The notes: generated by a model not told the origin, from the letters alone. A DNA stretch of 64,000 nt from Sulfurimonadaceae bacterium (GCA_016744575.1 JADGEC010000003.1:108-64107), one strand, 5' to 3'; positions 1-9,456 are shown, counted from the first letter of the stretch. Made by a program: numbers and translations.

Positions 1-31
1 CGATCTACATCATCAATATTAAGGAACATCT

Positions 32-268
32 ATGAGTCAACAAAAAAATATCAGTCTCGCACTTATGCAGCTGGAACAATCATTGAACAACCTACAAAAT
101 GGATTAGTCGACACGGAGGGTAAGCTTGTACCTGATGAACGTTGGTTCAGTATCTATGATGACCTTCTGACCCAGCTCATCGCAACTAGAGCGATGGCCG
201 ATACCAATCATCAAGGGAAACTGTCTGATATCTCATGGGAAAAGATCGTCAAAGTCCTTCATCTATAG
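32..268 (+). CDS. hypothetical small protein (78 aa)
   Basis: Intact ORF; AAGGAA Shine-Dalgarno-like sequence at 21-26, 5 nt before the ATG; no family motif recognised. Confidence 0.35.
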   Translation: MSQQKNISLALMQLEQSLNNLQNGLVDTEGKLVPDERWFSIYDDLLTQLIATRAMADTNHQGKLSDISWEKIVKVLHL

Positions 269-603
269 AGTTACGAGACCTAGGTCTTAGGTCTTTCCGT
301 AAAAAAACAGTATCTCTTTATCTAAATCAAATGTATTTGGTTTAAGGAAATTCCTTGATATAGGTCAATAGCTGTGCTTTTTTATACATATATTGTTCAT
401 ATAATCATATTGTCAAAAAGAAAAAATGCATCTTTTCACACCTCCCACAACCGCAGGAGAACGGGCGTTCATACCTCTTAAACGGATATTATATAGAAGA
501 ATTAATAATATATTATATACTTATTACTTTTATAACTATAGTCTATATTTATGTTAATAGTAGCCTACACTATTTATGCTACAATACTAATTGATCGATT
601 TTT

Positions 604-635
604 GTAATCATAATTTTTTGTAATCATAATTTTTT
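604..635. repeat. perfect tandem duplication of the 16-bp unit GTAATCATAATTTTTT, just upstream of the ORF at 656
   Basis: Positions 604-619 and 620-635 are identical; located 20 bp upstream of the AAGGAG RBS (645-650) of ORF 656..967. Confidence 0.9.
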
Positions 636-655
636 ATCTTATTTAAGGAGAGCCC

Positions 656-967
656 ATGAGCTTGGTATTATTGAAAAGTAAATTAAATTTTCTTGGAAAT
701 AAATTTAGAGAGTATGAAGCAGAGACCAGTAAAAGATGTAAATTTGAGAGCTATCTAAGTGATCTACTTCAGATGGACTCAATGCCTAAACTGCTTGAGA
801 AATATGAAGACATTCAAAAAAAGGACAGTTCGTTCACCCTTTGCAATGTCAACGATAAACTAATAAAAAATGTAAACAGTATGAAGACTACTATGGTATT
901 TTGTATAGAAGAGAAGATGTCACAATCACTGAACCAATTTCGTATAAAGCATGTAGCCCACTCATAG
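656..967 (+). CDS. hypothetical protein (103 aa), AT-rich
   Basis: Intact ORF with a strong AAGGAG RBS 5 nt upstream; no recognisable motif; embedded in AT-rich DNA. Confidence 0.4.
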   Translation: MSLVLLKSKLNFLGNKFREYEAETSKRCKFESYLSDLLQMDSMPKLLEKYEDIQKKDSSFTLCNVNDKLIKNVNSMKTTMVFCIEEKMSQSLNQFRIKHVAHS

Positions 968-1126
968 ACTTTTTGCAGAGATTCGCAAGGATCTCTGCTC
1001 CCTCACATTGACTACCTCCCCACTTTAGAGCTTTTTTCCTCACTTACACCTCAAAAGTACGTCCTACGTAAGATCATAGTCGAACAACTGCTATAATAGC
1101 ATCACTATTACAGAGGAAGTATATTT

Positions 1127-1837
1127 ATGGGTAGAGCATTTGAATATCGTAAAGCAGCTAAGATGAAGCGGTGGGGAAATATGTCGAGAATATTTCCCAA
1201 ACTTGGAAAAAACATCACGATGGCTGCAAAAGCCGGCGGACCTGACCCCGATACTAATCCGCAGCTGCGTTTAGCCATACAGACAGCCAAAGCACAGAAC
1301 ATGCCCAAAGACAACATCGCCAATGCTATCAAACGTGCCAGCGGTAAAGATGCAGTAGATATCACAGAGGTCAATTTTGAAGGTAAAGGTCCTCACGGCG
1401 TACTGATATTTGTGGAATGTGCTACCGACAACAATACCCGTACGGTTGCCAATGTCCGCAACTATTTCAATAAATCCGGCGGAGAGATGCTTAATAACGG
1501 CTCTTTAGAGTTTATGTTTGACAGAAAATCGGTCTTTGAGTTTACCCTGACAGAAGAGATGGACCTTGAAGAGCTTGAGCTTGAACTCATCGATGCCGGT
1601 CTTGAAGAGCTTGAAGAGAGCAATGGGACCGTTTATGTCTATGGTGACTATCCAAGCTTCAGAGCACTTTCTGAAGCACTTGAAGAGCTAAACATCGAAG
1701 TCACCAAGGGCTCACTCCAACGTCTTCCAAATAACGCTCATGAGTTCTCAGAGCAGCAGATCGAGGAGATCGAAAAGCTGCTGGAGCGTATCGAAGATGA
1801 TGAAGATGTTCTGGCTGTCTATAATAATCTTGCCTGA
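1127..1837 (+). CDS. yebC: YebC/PmpR-family transcriptional regulator
   Basis: N-terminus MGRAFEYRKAAKMKRWGNMSRIFPKLGK...AAKAGGPDPDTNPQLRLAIQTAKAQNMPKDNI is the YebC/TACO1 family signature; 236 aa is the typical length. Confidence 0.93.
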   Translation: MGRAFEYRKAAKMKRWGNMSRIFPKLGKNITMAAKAGGPDPDTNPQLRLAIQTAKAQNMPKDNIANAIKRASGKDAVDITEVNFEGKGPHGVLIFVECATDNNTRTVANVRNYFNKSGGEMLNNGSLEFMFDRKSVFEFTLTEEMDLEELELELIDAGLEELEESNGTVYVYGDYPSFRALSEALEELNIEVTKGSLQRLPNNAHEFSEQQIEEIEKLLERIEDDEDVLAVYNNLA

Positions 1838-1908
1838 TGATCGACTTCTCGACTAAAAGCTTCTGGGTCTGATGCCCATTTGGCTTCTGGTATTAGAACG
1901 ATCTCTAC

Positions 1909-2313
1909 TTACGACAATGCCTCAAGCTCTTCTGTCAACATATCTATCTTTTTTTGATCTTTAGCGATCTTTGCTTTATATTTCTCGATCTTATCGGCTC
2001 TATCATCAGCTATAGCCTGTTCTAGTTCTTGCGTATGTTCTCTTAAGTCTTCTCTTTCATCACCGATCTTTGCTTCAAGGCGCTGTATAAGTCCCTCGTC
2101 TGTACAGTTAGCCTGTACATTAGAGAGCGAGATCTCCAGACCATTGACACGATGATCGTTCTTCATATCTTGAGCTTTTACGATCTCTTGTTTAATATGA
2201 TGGATCTTATTGGCACAGCCTTTTTGAGGCTCATGTCCCACTGAAGCTAAAAGCAGTGTAGAGACGGCGGTAACACTTATTATCATCCCTATAGTGAGTA
2301 GACTTTTCATCAT
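1909..2313 (-). CDS. secreted DUF1090 (YqjC-like) coiled-coil protein
   Basis: Signal peptide, two conserved Cys (GCANKI..., ANCTDEGL), GLE..L..V...C.D..L pattern and a Lys/Glu-rich coiled C-terminus, as in DUF1090. Confidence 0.55.
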   Translation of the reverse strand: MMKSLLTIGMIISVTAVSTLLLASVGHEPQKGCANKIHHIKQEIVKAQDMKNDHRVNGLEISLSNVQANCTDEGLIQRLEAKIGDEREDLREHTQELEQAIADDRADKIEKYKAKIAKDQKKIDMLTEELEALS

Positions 2314-2400
2314 GTATCCTTTATCTGTTCTTTATGCTTGAATAGTAGTAAGAAAAGGTGTAGAAAAAGTGTTTAGACATGGGGAATAAGCAGGATCTGC

Positions 2401-2423
2401 AAAGTACGGTAAGACCGTACTTT
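2401..2423 (-). terminator. hairpin downstream of the psr-like operon (AAAGTACGG-taaga-CCGTACTTT)
   Basis: Perfect 9-bp stem, 14 nt after the stop of the NrfD-type gene; the 3' arm ends in UUU on the minus-strand transcript; no long U tract. Confidence 0.5.
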
Positions 2424-2437
2424 AAAAAGCAGTGATA

Positions 2438-3631
2438 TTAGTGGCTCTCTTCAGGATCGTGATCGAGGTTGAAGAACCTGTCTGCCGCATAATACATCAT
2501 GAACGCCAGACCGATCGCGCCGAGAGAGATCATCCACTCAGTGGCAGTCGGTATGTACTCTACCAATCCCGGAGGCAGTGAGTATTCACGGATCTTAAGC
2601 GGCATCATAGGAGCAAGCTGTGTGTCATGGACAAGGTCATAACGCATAAAGAAGATACCTATCATGCCCGTGATGGAAGCATAGACCATCGCTTTGATAG
2701 CTCGCCCTTTACTCCAGACGATGATGATAAATGGTATCAGCATCCCCAATAGGAACTCACCGATCAAAAAGTTCTTGGAGGTGATCATATGGATCGCGAT
2801 ATCACCTCGCTCCGGCATATGTCCATAGATGGCAGTCAGGGCACGCCAGACCTCGAAGAACATCAAGATAGCCAACAAGAGGCCAAGTACCTGTGACAGC
2901 GTGACCATAAATCCTTTGACCTCAGGCGGGAACTTCATCTTATAACGCCATCCATAGATAAGAAATAGCAGGTAAGAGCCTGTCACCATCGCAGAGAGGA
3001 TGAAATAGAGCGGGAAGAAGACACCATTGGCAATAGGACGAGCTACCAAAAAGCCAAAGACCGCACCCAGGTTAGAGTGTGCTGCCAGACCGACGACAAG
3101 GCCGGCAAGTCCAAAGATCTTTGAGAACTTGTGATTGGCATTGTTCAAAAAGAAGAACTCCAAGATGATAAAGAAAAGATAAAGACCATAAAGTGTCCCC
3201 ATCCACCAAATAGCTGATGTCAGTCCAGGAGTCAGGACGTTATAGATGACCATTCGCACAGGATGCCCTATCTCAAAGGCGATGACGGCAAAACCGGTCA
3301 AGATGGTGATAATAGCCCCGATGATAGCTCGTTTTCCAACGATCTGAAAGGCTTTGATGTTAAATACATGCCCCAAAGAGGACATGATACACAGTCCTGT
3401 ACTTGATACGACAAAAAAGACATACATCGCAATAAGCAGTCCCCAGGCATGCTGACGCGTGACACCATAAGCATGGTGTCCTTCTATCAGATAGATGCCT
3501 ATCCCTGCTAGCATCATCCCCACCAGGCCCATACTGAACCAGAACATAAAGATATTTAACGCAGAGCGCTCAAAATCAAAAAAAGATCTCACTGTGTGTT
3601 TATTGAAAGGTACTAGTTTACTTAGATCCAT
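2438..3631 (-). CDS. NrfD/PsrC-type integral membrane quinol-interacting subunit of a molybdopterin oxidoreductase
   Basis: 397-aa polytopic membrane protein immediately downstream of the 4Fe-4S and Mo-bisPGD subunits; multi-helix hydrophobic profile typical of the NrfD family. Confidence 0.85.
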   Translation of the reverse strand: MDLSKLVPFNKHTVRSFFDFERSALNIFMFWFSMGLVGMMLAGIGIYLIEGHHAYGVTRQHAWGLLIAMYVFFVVSSTGLCIMSSLGHVFNIKAFQIVGKRAIIGAIITILTGFAVIAFEIGHPVRMVIYNVLTPGLTSAIWWMGTLYGLYLFFIILEFFFLNNANHKFSKIFGLAGLVVGLAAHSNLGAVFGFLVARPIANGVFFPLYFILSAMVTGSYLLFLIYGWRYKMKFPPEVKGFMVTLSQVLGLLLAILMFFEVWRALTAIYGHMPERGDIAIHMITSKNFLIGEFLLGMLIPFIIIVWSKGRAIKAMVYASITGMIGIFFMRYDLVHDTQLAPMMPLKIREYSLPPGLVEYIPTATEWMISLGAIGLAFMMYYAADRFFNLDHDPEESH

Positions 3632-3641
3632 CTCCGGCTCC

Positions 3642-4208
3642 TTATGTTAGGTAGAAAAGTTTTGGTTTTGTACCAAGATGCGCTTTTAGACTGTAATGCT
3701 CTCTGTCTCTAAGTGTCTGTGATATCTCACTCTCTGGATCATCAAGGTCACCAAAGATCCGGACCTTTGTCGGGCAGGTCGCCTGACAGGCAGTCGTTGT
3801 CTCACCGTGGATCAGACGGGTATCTGAACAGAAGTTACATTTGTCCACGGTCACAGTCCTATCATCGATATAACGCGCATCATAAGGGCAAGCCTGCATA
3901 CAGTAGGTACACAAGATACACTGATCAGGATTGACACGAACGACACCATTGTCATCATAATAGGTCGCATTGGTAGGACAGACCGACTGACAAGGTGCAT
4001 TATCGCACTGCTGACACTGACTCGGCTGAAAATTACTTGACCCAATACTCAGATCAGGGAAAAGTCCCTCTATCTCGTTTACTCCGACCCAGATCCGATG
4101 GTTATCGGCCCCAAGCAGGATTCCGTTCTCCTCTTTACAGGCACTCTCACACGCCTTACAGTTGATGCAGCTCTTATAATCAAGCGCCATTCCATAACGT
4201 GCCATCAT
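3642..4208 (-). CDS. 4Fe-4S ferredoxin-type electron-transfer subunit (PsrB/PhsB-like)
   Basis: Multiple CxxCxxCxxxCP clusters (CINCKACESACKEEN, CQQCDNAPCQSVCP, CILCTYCMQACP, CNFC...CQATCP); 4-nt overlap with the catalytic subunit gene. Confidence 0.9.
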   Translation of the reverse strand: MMARYGMALDYKSCINCKACESACKEENGILLGADNHRIWVGVNEIEGLFPDLSIGSSNFQPSQCQQCDNAPCQSVCPTNATYYDDNGVVRVNPDQCILCTYCMQACPYDARYIDDRTVTVDKCNFCSDTRLIHGETTTACQATCPTKVRIFGDLDDPESEISQTLRDREHYSLKAHLGTKPKLFYLT

Positions 4209-6664
4209 ACCCTCCTTATATCGACGATGGTCTCATGCATAGCTGCTGAGCCAAAAGTCTTTTCATAGTGATCTTCGATGATGGTATTGTCATTTGCACC
4301 ACGATGATGCGCAAGGGTCAACTCACTCGAGTCTGCACCAAAACCGTGGATAAAGAAGACGGCATTAGGTCCGATCTTCTCTGTCGGATACGCTTTTATC
4401 TGAATAGTCCCTACACTGCTTTTGACCTCGACCAGATCGGCAAATGCGATCCCTTTCTCTTTGGCAACGCGTTTGTTGATCCAGAGGTAGTTCTCCGGTA
4501 GCAACTCTAACAGCAGGGCATTGTTGGCCGTACCACTTTGGGTAAACTGACCATGTCGCCCTGTGATGAACTTAAAGCGTCCTTCTGGTGTAGGTGTATA
4601 GAGCTCATCACGCCATGTCGGCATGGCATCGACCCCTTTTTTCTTTTCGAGGTTGTAAAGTGCACAGGCGATCTTTTTCGTCGCAGTCCGGAATTTCTTT
4701 TTTAAGACCGCTATCTCATTGATATCTACACAGGTATCATGATATGGCTCATTGTTCAGATCACCCTTGATGATAGAGTAGCTCTTCTTGTGCTCAGGAT
4801 AGTACTCATACTCATTGACAGACAGTTTTTTAAAGAACTTGTCCATATCAGGGTAGAAGACACCTTTTTCGCGCAGTGTCTTCCATGCATCCTCACCGTA
4901 GACGCTCTCTACCATATGGTGATTGATGCTCTCTTGCGAATGACGGTAACCATCAGCGAGGTCATAACCATCCTCATCGTAGACTTCCTTCTCACCACGG
5001 TCTGCGATCTCTTCTTGCAGTGCCTCATCATACTTCTTAGAGACTTCAAACAGTGGTTTGGAGAGTTTCATCCCAAGCCCCCGCATGATCTCGATGACTG
5101 GCTTAGTATCAAACTTGGCCTCAACGACTTTCTTTCGTAGTGCGATAGAAGGTTCAGCACCGCCAAATGACTTGACCGGGTCCTCACGCTCAAGATAGAG
5201 TGATTCCGGTAAGACGACATCAGCCATCATCACAGTATCACTTGGCATAGTATCGATCACCACGACCAGGTCCATCTTCTCAAGCATCTGCTTTGTCTTG
5301 GCCGTGTTAGGGATGGACATCATCGGGTTCTGCTTATATGCGAAGAACGCACGTACAGGATATGGTGCACTCCCGTCGATGATAGTGTTTCTCCAAGCTA
5401 TCCACGAACCACTTGCACCGATGGAGGCAGCTTTATCTTTTTCGATACGTTCCTGTGCATTATCATACATCGGTCCATTGATAGAATGGTCACCTAAAGG
5501 AAGCTTCTTACCAAAGATGATGCCGCCTTTTTTATCTACGCCGCCGCCCATCGCACTAAAGATGGCCTGTGCACGTCTTAGTTGATAGTCCTGAAGACTC
5601 CAGGCTGTCCGTCGTCCCTGATAGTAGATAGCACGTGGAGCGTGCGCCATAAAGTCACGGGCTACCTGACGAATATCATCCGCTTTAATACCGGTAATAG
5701 CCTCAGCCCACTCTGGAGTATAGTTATGATCGAGTATGTGCTTCTTATAATCCTCGAAGTCACTCAAGTTCTCCTCTGCGAAACGTTTGTTGTAACGCTC
5801 CTCAGTGATGACGGTATAAGTGAGTGCCAGGACAAACGCCAGGTCAGTCCCGACCTCTATAGGAAGCCATTTGTCAGCATGCGCTGCGGTATTGGTAAAA
5901 CGTGGATCGATGACGATGAGTTTCGAACCCCGGCCTTTAGTCCGTTTAAACATATCCATCGTATCTGGTGTGACAATAGCTTCTGCGCGGTTTGCTCCGG
6001 CCATGATGACATACTCGGCGTTCTCAAGGTCCGCCTGTCCATAACCACCAAGTGTCAGCGTATAACCCGCTATCGTAGTGGCAAGACAGATACTACCATG
6101 GTTGACGTAGTTTGAAGAGCCGATCTTATCACCCATAAAAGAGGTGTAGGTATGTTCCGCCATCCCTTCTCCGGCACAATAGCCGATGGTAGAGCGGTTG
6201 TCTTTCTCCTCATCGATGATCGTGACCATCTTCTCTTTGACATACTCAAATGCCTCATCCCATGTCACCCGTTTAAACTTGCCCTCGCCACGTTCGCCGA
6301 CACGGATCAACGGGTATTTCAGACGATCTGGGTCCTCGAGAGCCTGTATGCCGGCATTACCACGGGCACAAAGCATGTTTCTCGATTTTGGGAAGAGAGG
6401 ATTGGGATTAAGTTTTGTCAACACACCATCTTCAATACGTGCGATCGCCGCACATTTGTTGACACACATCTCACAGAGAGTCGGGATCTCTTGAAGCTTA
6501 TCGCTATACTGGGTCTTCGTCAGACCAAAATCAACGATCTTGCTCTTTTTGCCTTCCTTTCCCAGTTCTGCATTAGCTAATGCGGTAGCTGCAGCAGTCG
6601 CACCAACAACTGTCAAAGCAACCGTACCTTGTAAGAAACGCCGTCTCGATATTTCGGTTTTCAT
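4205..6664 (-). CDS. Tat-exported molybdopterin (bis-PGD) oxidoreductase catalytic subunit, polysulfide/thiosulfate-reductase-like
   Basis: Twin-arginine signal SRRRFLQGTVALTVVG...ALA; N-terminal CEMCVNKC...C FeS motif; 819 aa; operon order A-B-C as in PsrABC/PhsABC. Substrate cannot be assigned from sequence alone. Confidence 0.88.
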   Translation of the reverse strand: MKTEISRRRFLQGTVALTVVGATAAATALANAELGKEGKKSKIVDFGLTKTQYSDKLQEIPTLCEMCVNKCAAIARIEDGVLTKLNPNPLFPKSRNMLCARGNAGIQALEDPDRLKYPLIRVGERGEGKFKRVTWDEAFEYVKEKMVTIIDEEKDNRSTIGYCAGEGMAEHTYTSFMGDKIGSSNYVNHGSICLATTIAGYTLTLGGYGQADLENAEYVIMAGANRAEAIVTPDTMDMFKRTKGRGSKLIVIDPRFTNTAAHADKWLPIEVGTDLAFVLALTYTVITEERYNKRFAEENLSDFEDYKKHILDHNYTPEWAEAITGIKADDIRQVARDFMAHAPRAIYYQGRRTAWSLQDYQLRRAQAIFSAMGGGVDKKGGIIFGKKLPLGDHSINGPMYDNAQERIEKDKAASIGASGSWIAWRNTIIDGSAPYPVRAFFAYKQNPMMSIPNTAKTKQMLEKMDLVVVIDTMPSDTVMMADVVLPESLYLEREDPVKSFGGAEPSIALRKKVVEAKFDTKPVIEIMRGLGMKLSKPLFEVSKKYDEALQEEIADRGEKEVYDEDGYDLADGYRHSQESINHHMVESVYGEDAWKTLREKGVFYPDMDKFFKKLSVNEYEYYPEHKKSYSIIKGDLNNEPYHDTCVDINEIAVLKKKFRTATKKIACALYNLEKKKGVDAMPTWRDELYTPTPEGRFKFITGRHGQFTQSGTANNALLLELLPENYLWINKRVAKEKGIAFADLVEVKSSVGTIQIKAYPTEKIGPNAVFFIHGFGADSSELTLAHHRGANDNTIIEDHYEKTFGSAAMHETIVDIRRV

Positions 6665-6956
6665 TGATACCCTTTCGTTAAGTGAATAAGTATTCGCTTA
6701 GAAAATTATACATCCTTAAAACTTATAGATAATATAAATTTTGATTAAAATACTTATAAAATTAAAAATAATTGTTTTTCACATATAAAGTTACATCTTG
6801 CGTCTCTTATAATAAGCAGCGTCCGATAAAAACACTAGGTACAGCTAATAAAAAATAGACTTTGTCAGGTCAAGATGAAGATCTAAATAACAATAATAAA
6901 AGATCAGTAGTATTAGTTGATGGATCGTAGTATCAGTGGAGGATGTTGAGGGGTGT

Positions 6957-6981
6957 AAAAACACTCTGGAGCCGAAGCTCC
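6957..6981 (-). terminator. putative rplT terminator (GGAGC-UUCG-GCUCC followed by a U5 run)
   Basis: On the minus strand, hairpin at 6968-6981 with a UUCG loop starting 6 nt after the rplT stop, then a 6-nt spacer and TTTTT (plus-strand A run 6957-6961). Confidence 0.5.
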
Positions 6982-6986
6982 GTTGA

Positions 6987-7340
6987 CTAGAGTGCTGCTT
7001 TAGCTTGAGTGACGACAGCAGAGAATGCTGCAGCGTCGTTCATTGCCAGGTCAGCAAGAATTTTACGGTCGAGCTCGATGCCAGCTTTGTGAACACCGTT
7101 CATAAAGCTTGAGTAGTTAATATCGTTCAAACGGCAAGCCGCATTGATACGGATGATCCATAGTTTACGGAACTCACGTTTCTTCTGTTTACGGTCACGG
7201 TATGCATATACCATACTGTGTTCGATCTGCTCTTTCGCTTTACGGAAATGCTTACGTCTACCGCTGTAGAAACCTTTGGCTTGTTTTAGTACTTTTTTAT
7301 GACGTTTTCTACGTACAGTACCTGTCTTTACTCTTGGCAT
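6987..7340 (-). CDS. rplT: 50S ribosomal protein L20
   Basis: [28 protein letters not shown]...-type N-terminus, 117 aa, downstream of rpmI. Confidence 0.97.
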   Translation of the reverse strand: MPRVKTGTVRRKRHKKVLKQAKGFYSGRRKHFRKAKEQIEHSMVYAYRDRKQKKREFRKLWIIRINAACRLNDINYSSFMNGVHKAGIELDRKILADLAMNDAAAFSAVVTQAKAAL

Positions 7341-7438
7341 ATATTTTCCTTTTCTTTACCCTGTCACTATCAAAGTGTTTAGGTGCCGTATCTTAAACGG
7401 ACTTGCCCAGTCAGACTGGAGAATATTTTAGATCAACT

Positions 7439-7630
7439 TTAGTTGATCATCGCTTTGATGTTCTTTGCGTCAGCTTTAGCGATCGTTTTCGGCGCGTTTT
7501 GCTTAGAACGAGTGCTCGCATCCTGCTTAGTCAAAATATGGCTGCGGAAAGCAGTACCACGTTTGATAGAACCATTTTTCTTCACTTTAAAACGCTTGAC
7601 AGCGCCTTTAACTGATTTCATTTTTGGCAT
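7439..7630 (-). CDS. rpmI: 50S ribosomal protein L35
   Basis: MPKMKSVKGAVKRFKVKKNGSIKRG... is the canonical L35 sequence; 63 aa; no infC is present upstream in this window. Confidence 0.95.
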   Translation of the reverse strand: MPKMKSVKGAVKRFKVKKNGSIKRGTAFRSHILTKQDASTRSKQNAPKTIAKADAKNIKAMIN

Positions 7631-7991
7631 CGGACGACTCCTTATGTAAAATTCTCAAATATTGAGAGCCGTGATTATACCGAAAAAAGATCCGAATCGT
7701 ATGAATATTTATGTTTTTAGCTTATTTAAAGGAGAGATATGTGGTATTTTGAGCATCAGCTCATGTGCTCTGTCTTAACGTGAGGAGATCGTTATTAGAT
7801 CATCCAGTTTGCACATTTGCTTTTTTTTAGTCGCTTCAACATGGCGAGCTCAAGAGTACTTAGTCTTTCACGACTCTTTGTATCTTTTTGTCTTGTCATC
7901 GTCTTTCCTTTCATCTGATATGTCTCGTATTGATAAAGACTGATGAAAGTATAGGACAGCTTTATTACCTTCTCATCACAGAAGGCTTGTC

Positions 7992-8384
7992 TTAGAGATC
8001 TCGAATAGCTTTACACCACTGCTGCATCGCTTCATTGGCTGCCAGGTTTGGCGCTTCAAGAAAGGAGAGCACAAAACTATCTGGCATCTCTGCAACACCT
8101 ATGGCACGCGGACGAACAGCCATGACCATTGGGTCTTTGAGCTCTTTTCCAAAACAGAAGAGGACATTCTTAGCATTCAAAATATCTGCAGCGATCTCAC
8201 CGTCTTCAAGTGAAGCGGTATGACTATAGTGGTCAAAGATCCCAATATATGTCGAGACAGGATGTGCTTTTACATGTTCGACCAATGGTATGATGATACT
8301 ATCGACATCAGTATAAGTCGTCTCACTCTTTGCGATCTCGATCGTATGGATCGGGTATTTCTCTTTAAACAGTCTCTCTTGCAT
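7992..8384 (-). CDS. hypothetical protein (130 aa)
   Basis: Intact ORF, same orientation and 21-nt spacing from the NifX-like gene; no motif recognised. Confidence 0.5.
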   Translation of the reverse strand: MQERLFKEKYPIHTIEIAKSETTYTDVDSIIIPLVEHVKAHPVSTYIGIFDHYSHTASLEDGEIAADILNAKNVLFCFGKELKDPMVMAVRPRAIGVAEMPDSFVLSFLEAPNLAANEAMQQWCKAIRDL

Positions 8385-8405
8385 CAGTACTAACGCCTTT
8401 ATCTA

Positions 8406-8747
8406 TTAATGAAAGTTCTCTACATTGTCAGCTGTGATCTCTTTGAGGAGACCTTGCTGATACTTTGCAACGGCTTCTATAAGGGTAAGGCGTTCGTCAC
8501 CAGGATAAAAGAGTCGCATGCCCATACTGTGTACGATCTGAAGCGGTCTACCGCCGAGATGCTTCGTCAAAATAGTCGTGACACCTGCTTCTTTTAACTT
8601 TCCGATGATAGCTGGGCCTTGCTCCTCATTAGGGATGACTTTTATACTGTTGTCAGCTGGGTCATAGATACCAAACCATTTAGCCTTACCAAACACTGTC
8701 GTGATGGCGGCGTCTTCTTTACCTGTCTTTAATGGGGCTGCGTACAT
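8406..8747 (-). CDS. NifB/NifX-family (dinitrogenase FeMo-cofactor-binding fold) small protein
   Basis: 113 aa; pattern FGKAKWFGIYD...G(V)TTILTKHLGGRPL...GMRLF resembles stand-alone NifX/NafY-like domain proteins. Confidence 0.6.
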   Translation of the reverse strand: MYAAPLKTGKEDAAITTVFGKAKWFGIYDPADNSIKVIPNEEQGPAIIGKLKEAGVTTILTKHLGGRPLQIVHSMGMRLFYPGDERLTLIEAVAKYQQGLLKEITADNVENFH

Positions 8748-8920
8748 GTGGTACCTTTTTGTATTGTTTTTTTCATACTGATATTGGGATCAGCTTTTTA
8801 GGTGCTCAATATCTCTTTAGATGACTATGAGCAGAGGATCTACACCCTGTTTTCGGGTTTATGAGATGCTTTAGCTAGAAGACTTGCTTCAGAGATCTTT
8901 AAAGCGTTCTGTTTAAGTTA

Positions 8921-9450
8921 TGACATCAGAAGTGGTAGATCTATTGATGTTAAGCCTTCAGTGAAACAGTATCTCTTGTAAATAAATGTGTGTGACCTCA
9001 CGTCTGTAAGGAGGACAATATCATCGATGAATATTCCGGACTTTCAATCGGCGTAGTGTTTTATCACTGAACATCATAAGTGGTAGATCATTGATGTGAA
9101 GCCTCCAGCGGTGCTTCGCACATCGCTTCCGGTTTCGTTCGCCGAAACGATATCTCCCGTTCAGCAGACGTGAGTGACCTCACGTCTGTAGGGAGTAAAA
9201 TAGTATTGATGAGCATTCCAAACCTTCAGTCAGCGTAGTGTTTCATCACTGTCATTAGAAGCGGTAGGTCATTGACGTTAAGCCTTCGGCGGTCACTTCG
9301 TGACATCGCCTACGGTTTCGTTCGCCGAAACGCCAAGCAGTTGGCGTTTACTTTCAAACCGGTGAGCTATTGATGTTAAGCCGCGCAGCTCACTTCGTTC
9401 GGCAAGCTTGGTTTCGCAGCTAAAAACGTGCTCCCAGCTCGTTTTTTATA
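8921..9450. repeat. degenerate tandem array (about 3.5 units, spacing 148/181/98 bp) of a structured repeat with conserved hairpins
   Basis: Core GGTAGATCATTGATGTTAAGCC recurs at 8934, 9082, 9263 and 9361. GTTTCG-ttcgc-CGAAAC hairpin at 9132-9148 and 9315-9331. Perfect 10-bp-stem hairpin CAGACGTGAG-tgac-CTCACGTCTG at 9165-9188, with a decayed copy near 8990-9008. GCGTAGTGTTT(T/C)ATCACTG recurs at 9051-9069 and 9232-9250. Confidence 0.85.
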
Positions 9451-9456
9451 CGCTGC

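Noticed and set aside
5582-6115. Long antisense ORFs inside well-supported genes. Examples: 5582..6115 and 6152..6580 opposite the Mo-enzyme gene; 33811..34419 opposite typA; 9902..10351 opposite the SQR-like gene; 13247..13654 opposite the HK; 51220..51630 opposite lapD; 58743..59183 opposite PiT
   Set aside because: These are shadow ORFs on the strand opposite genes with strong family signatures. Their products are low-complexity or Ser/Arg/Leu-rich with no motifs or RBS.
7795-7899. 34-aa basic minus-strand ORF (MTRQKDTKSRERLSTLELAMLKRLKKSKCANWMI) upstream of rpmI
   Set aside because: It has only a weak GGAAAG RBS-like sequence and no recognisable family, and it is very short. It could be real or a leader peptide, but I cannot support it from sequence alone.
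8921-9450. Possible CRISPR array
   Set aside because: Repeat spacing is irregular (148, 181 and 98 bp). The units are long and degenerate rather than short and identical. There are no unique spacers of uniform length and no cas genes nearby.
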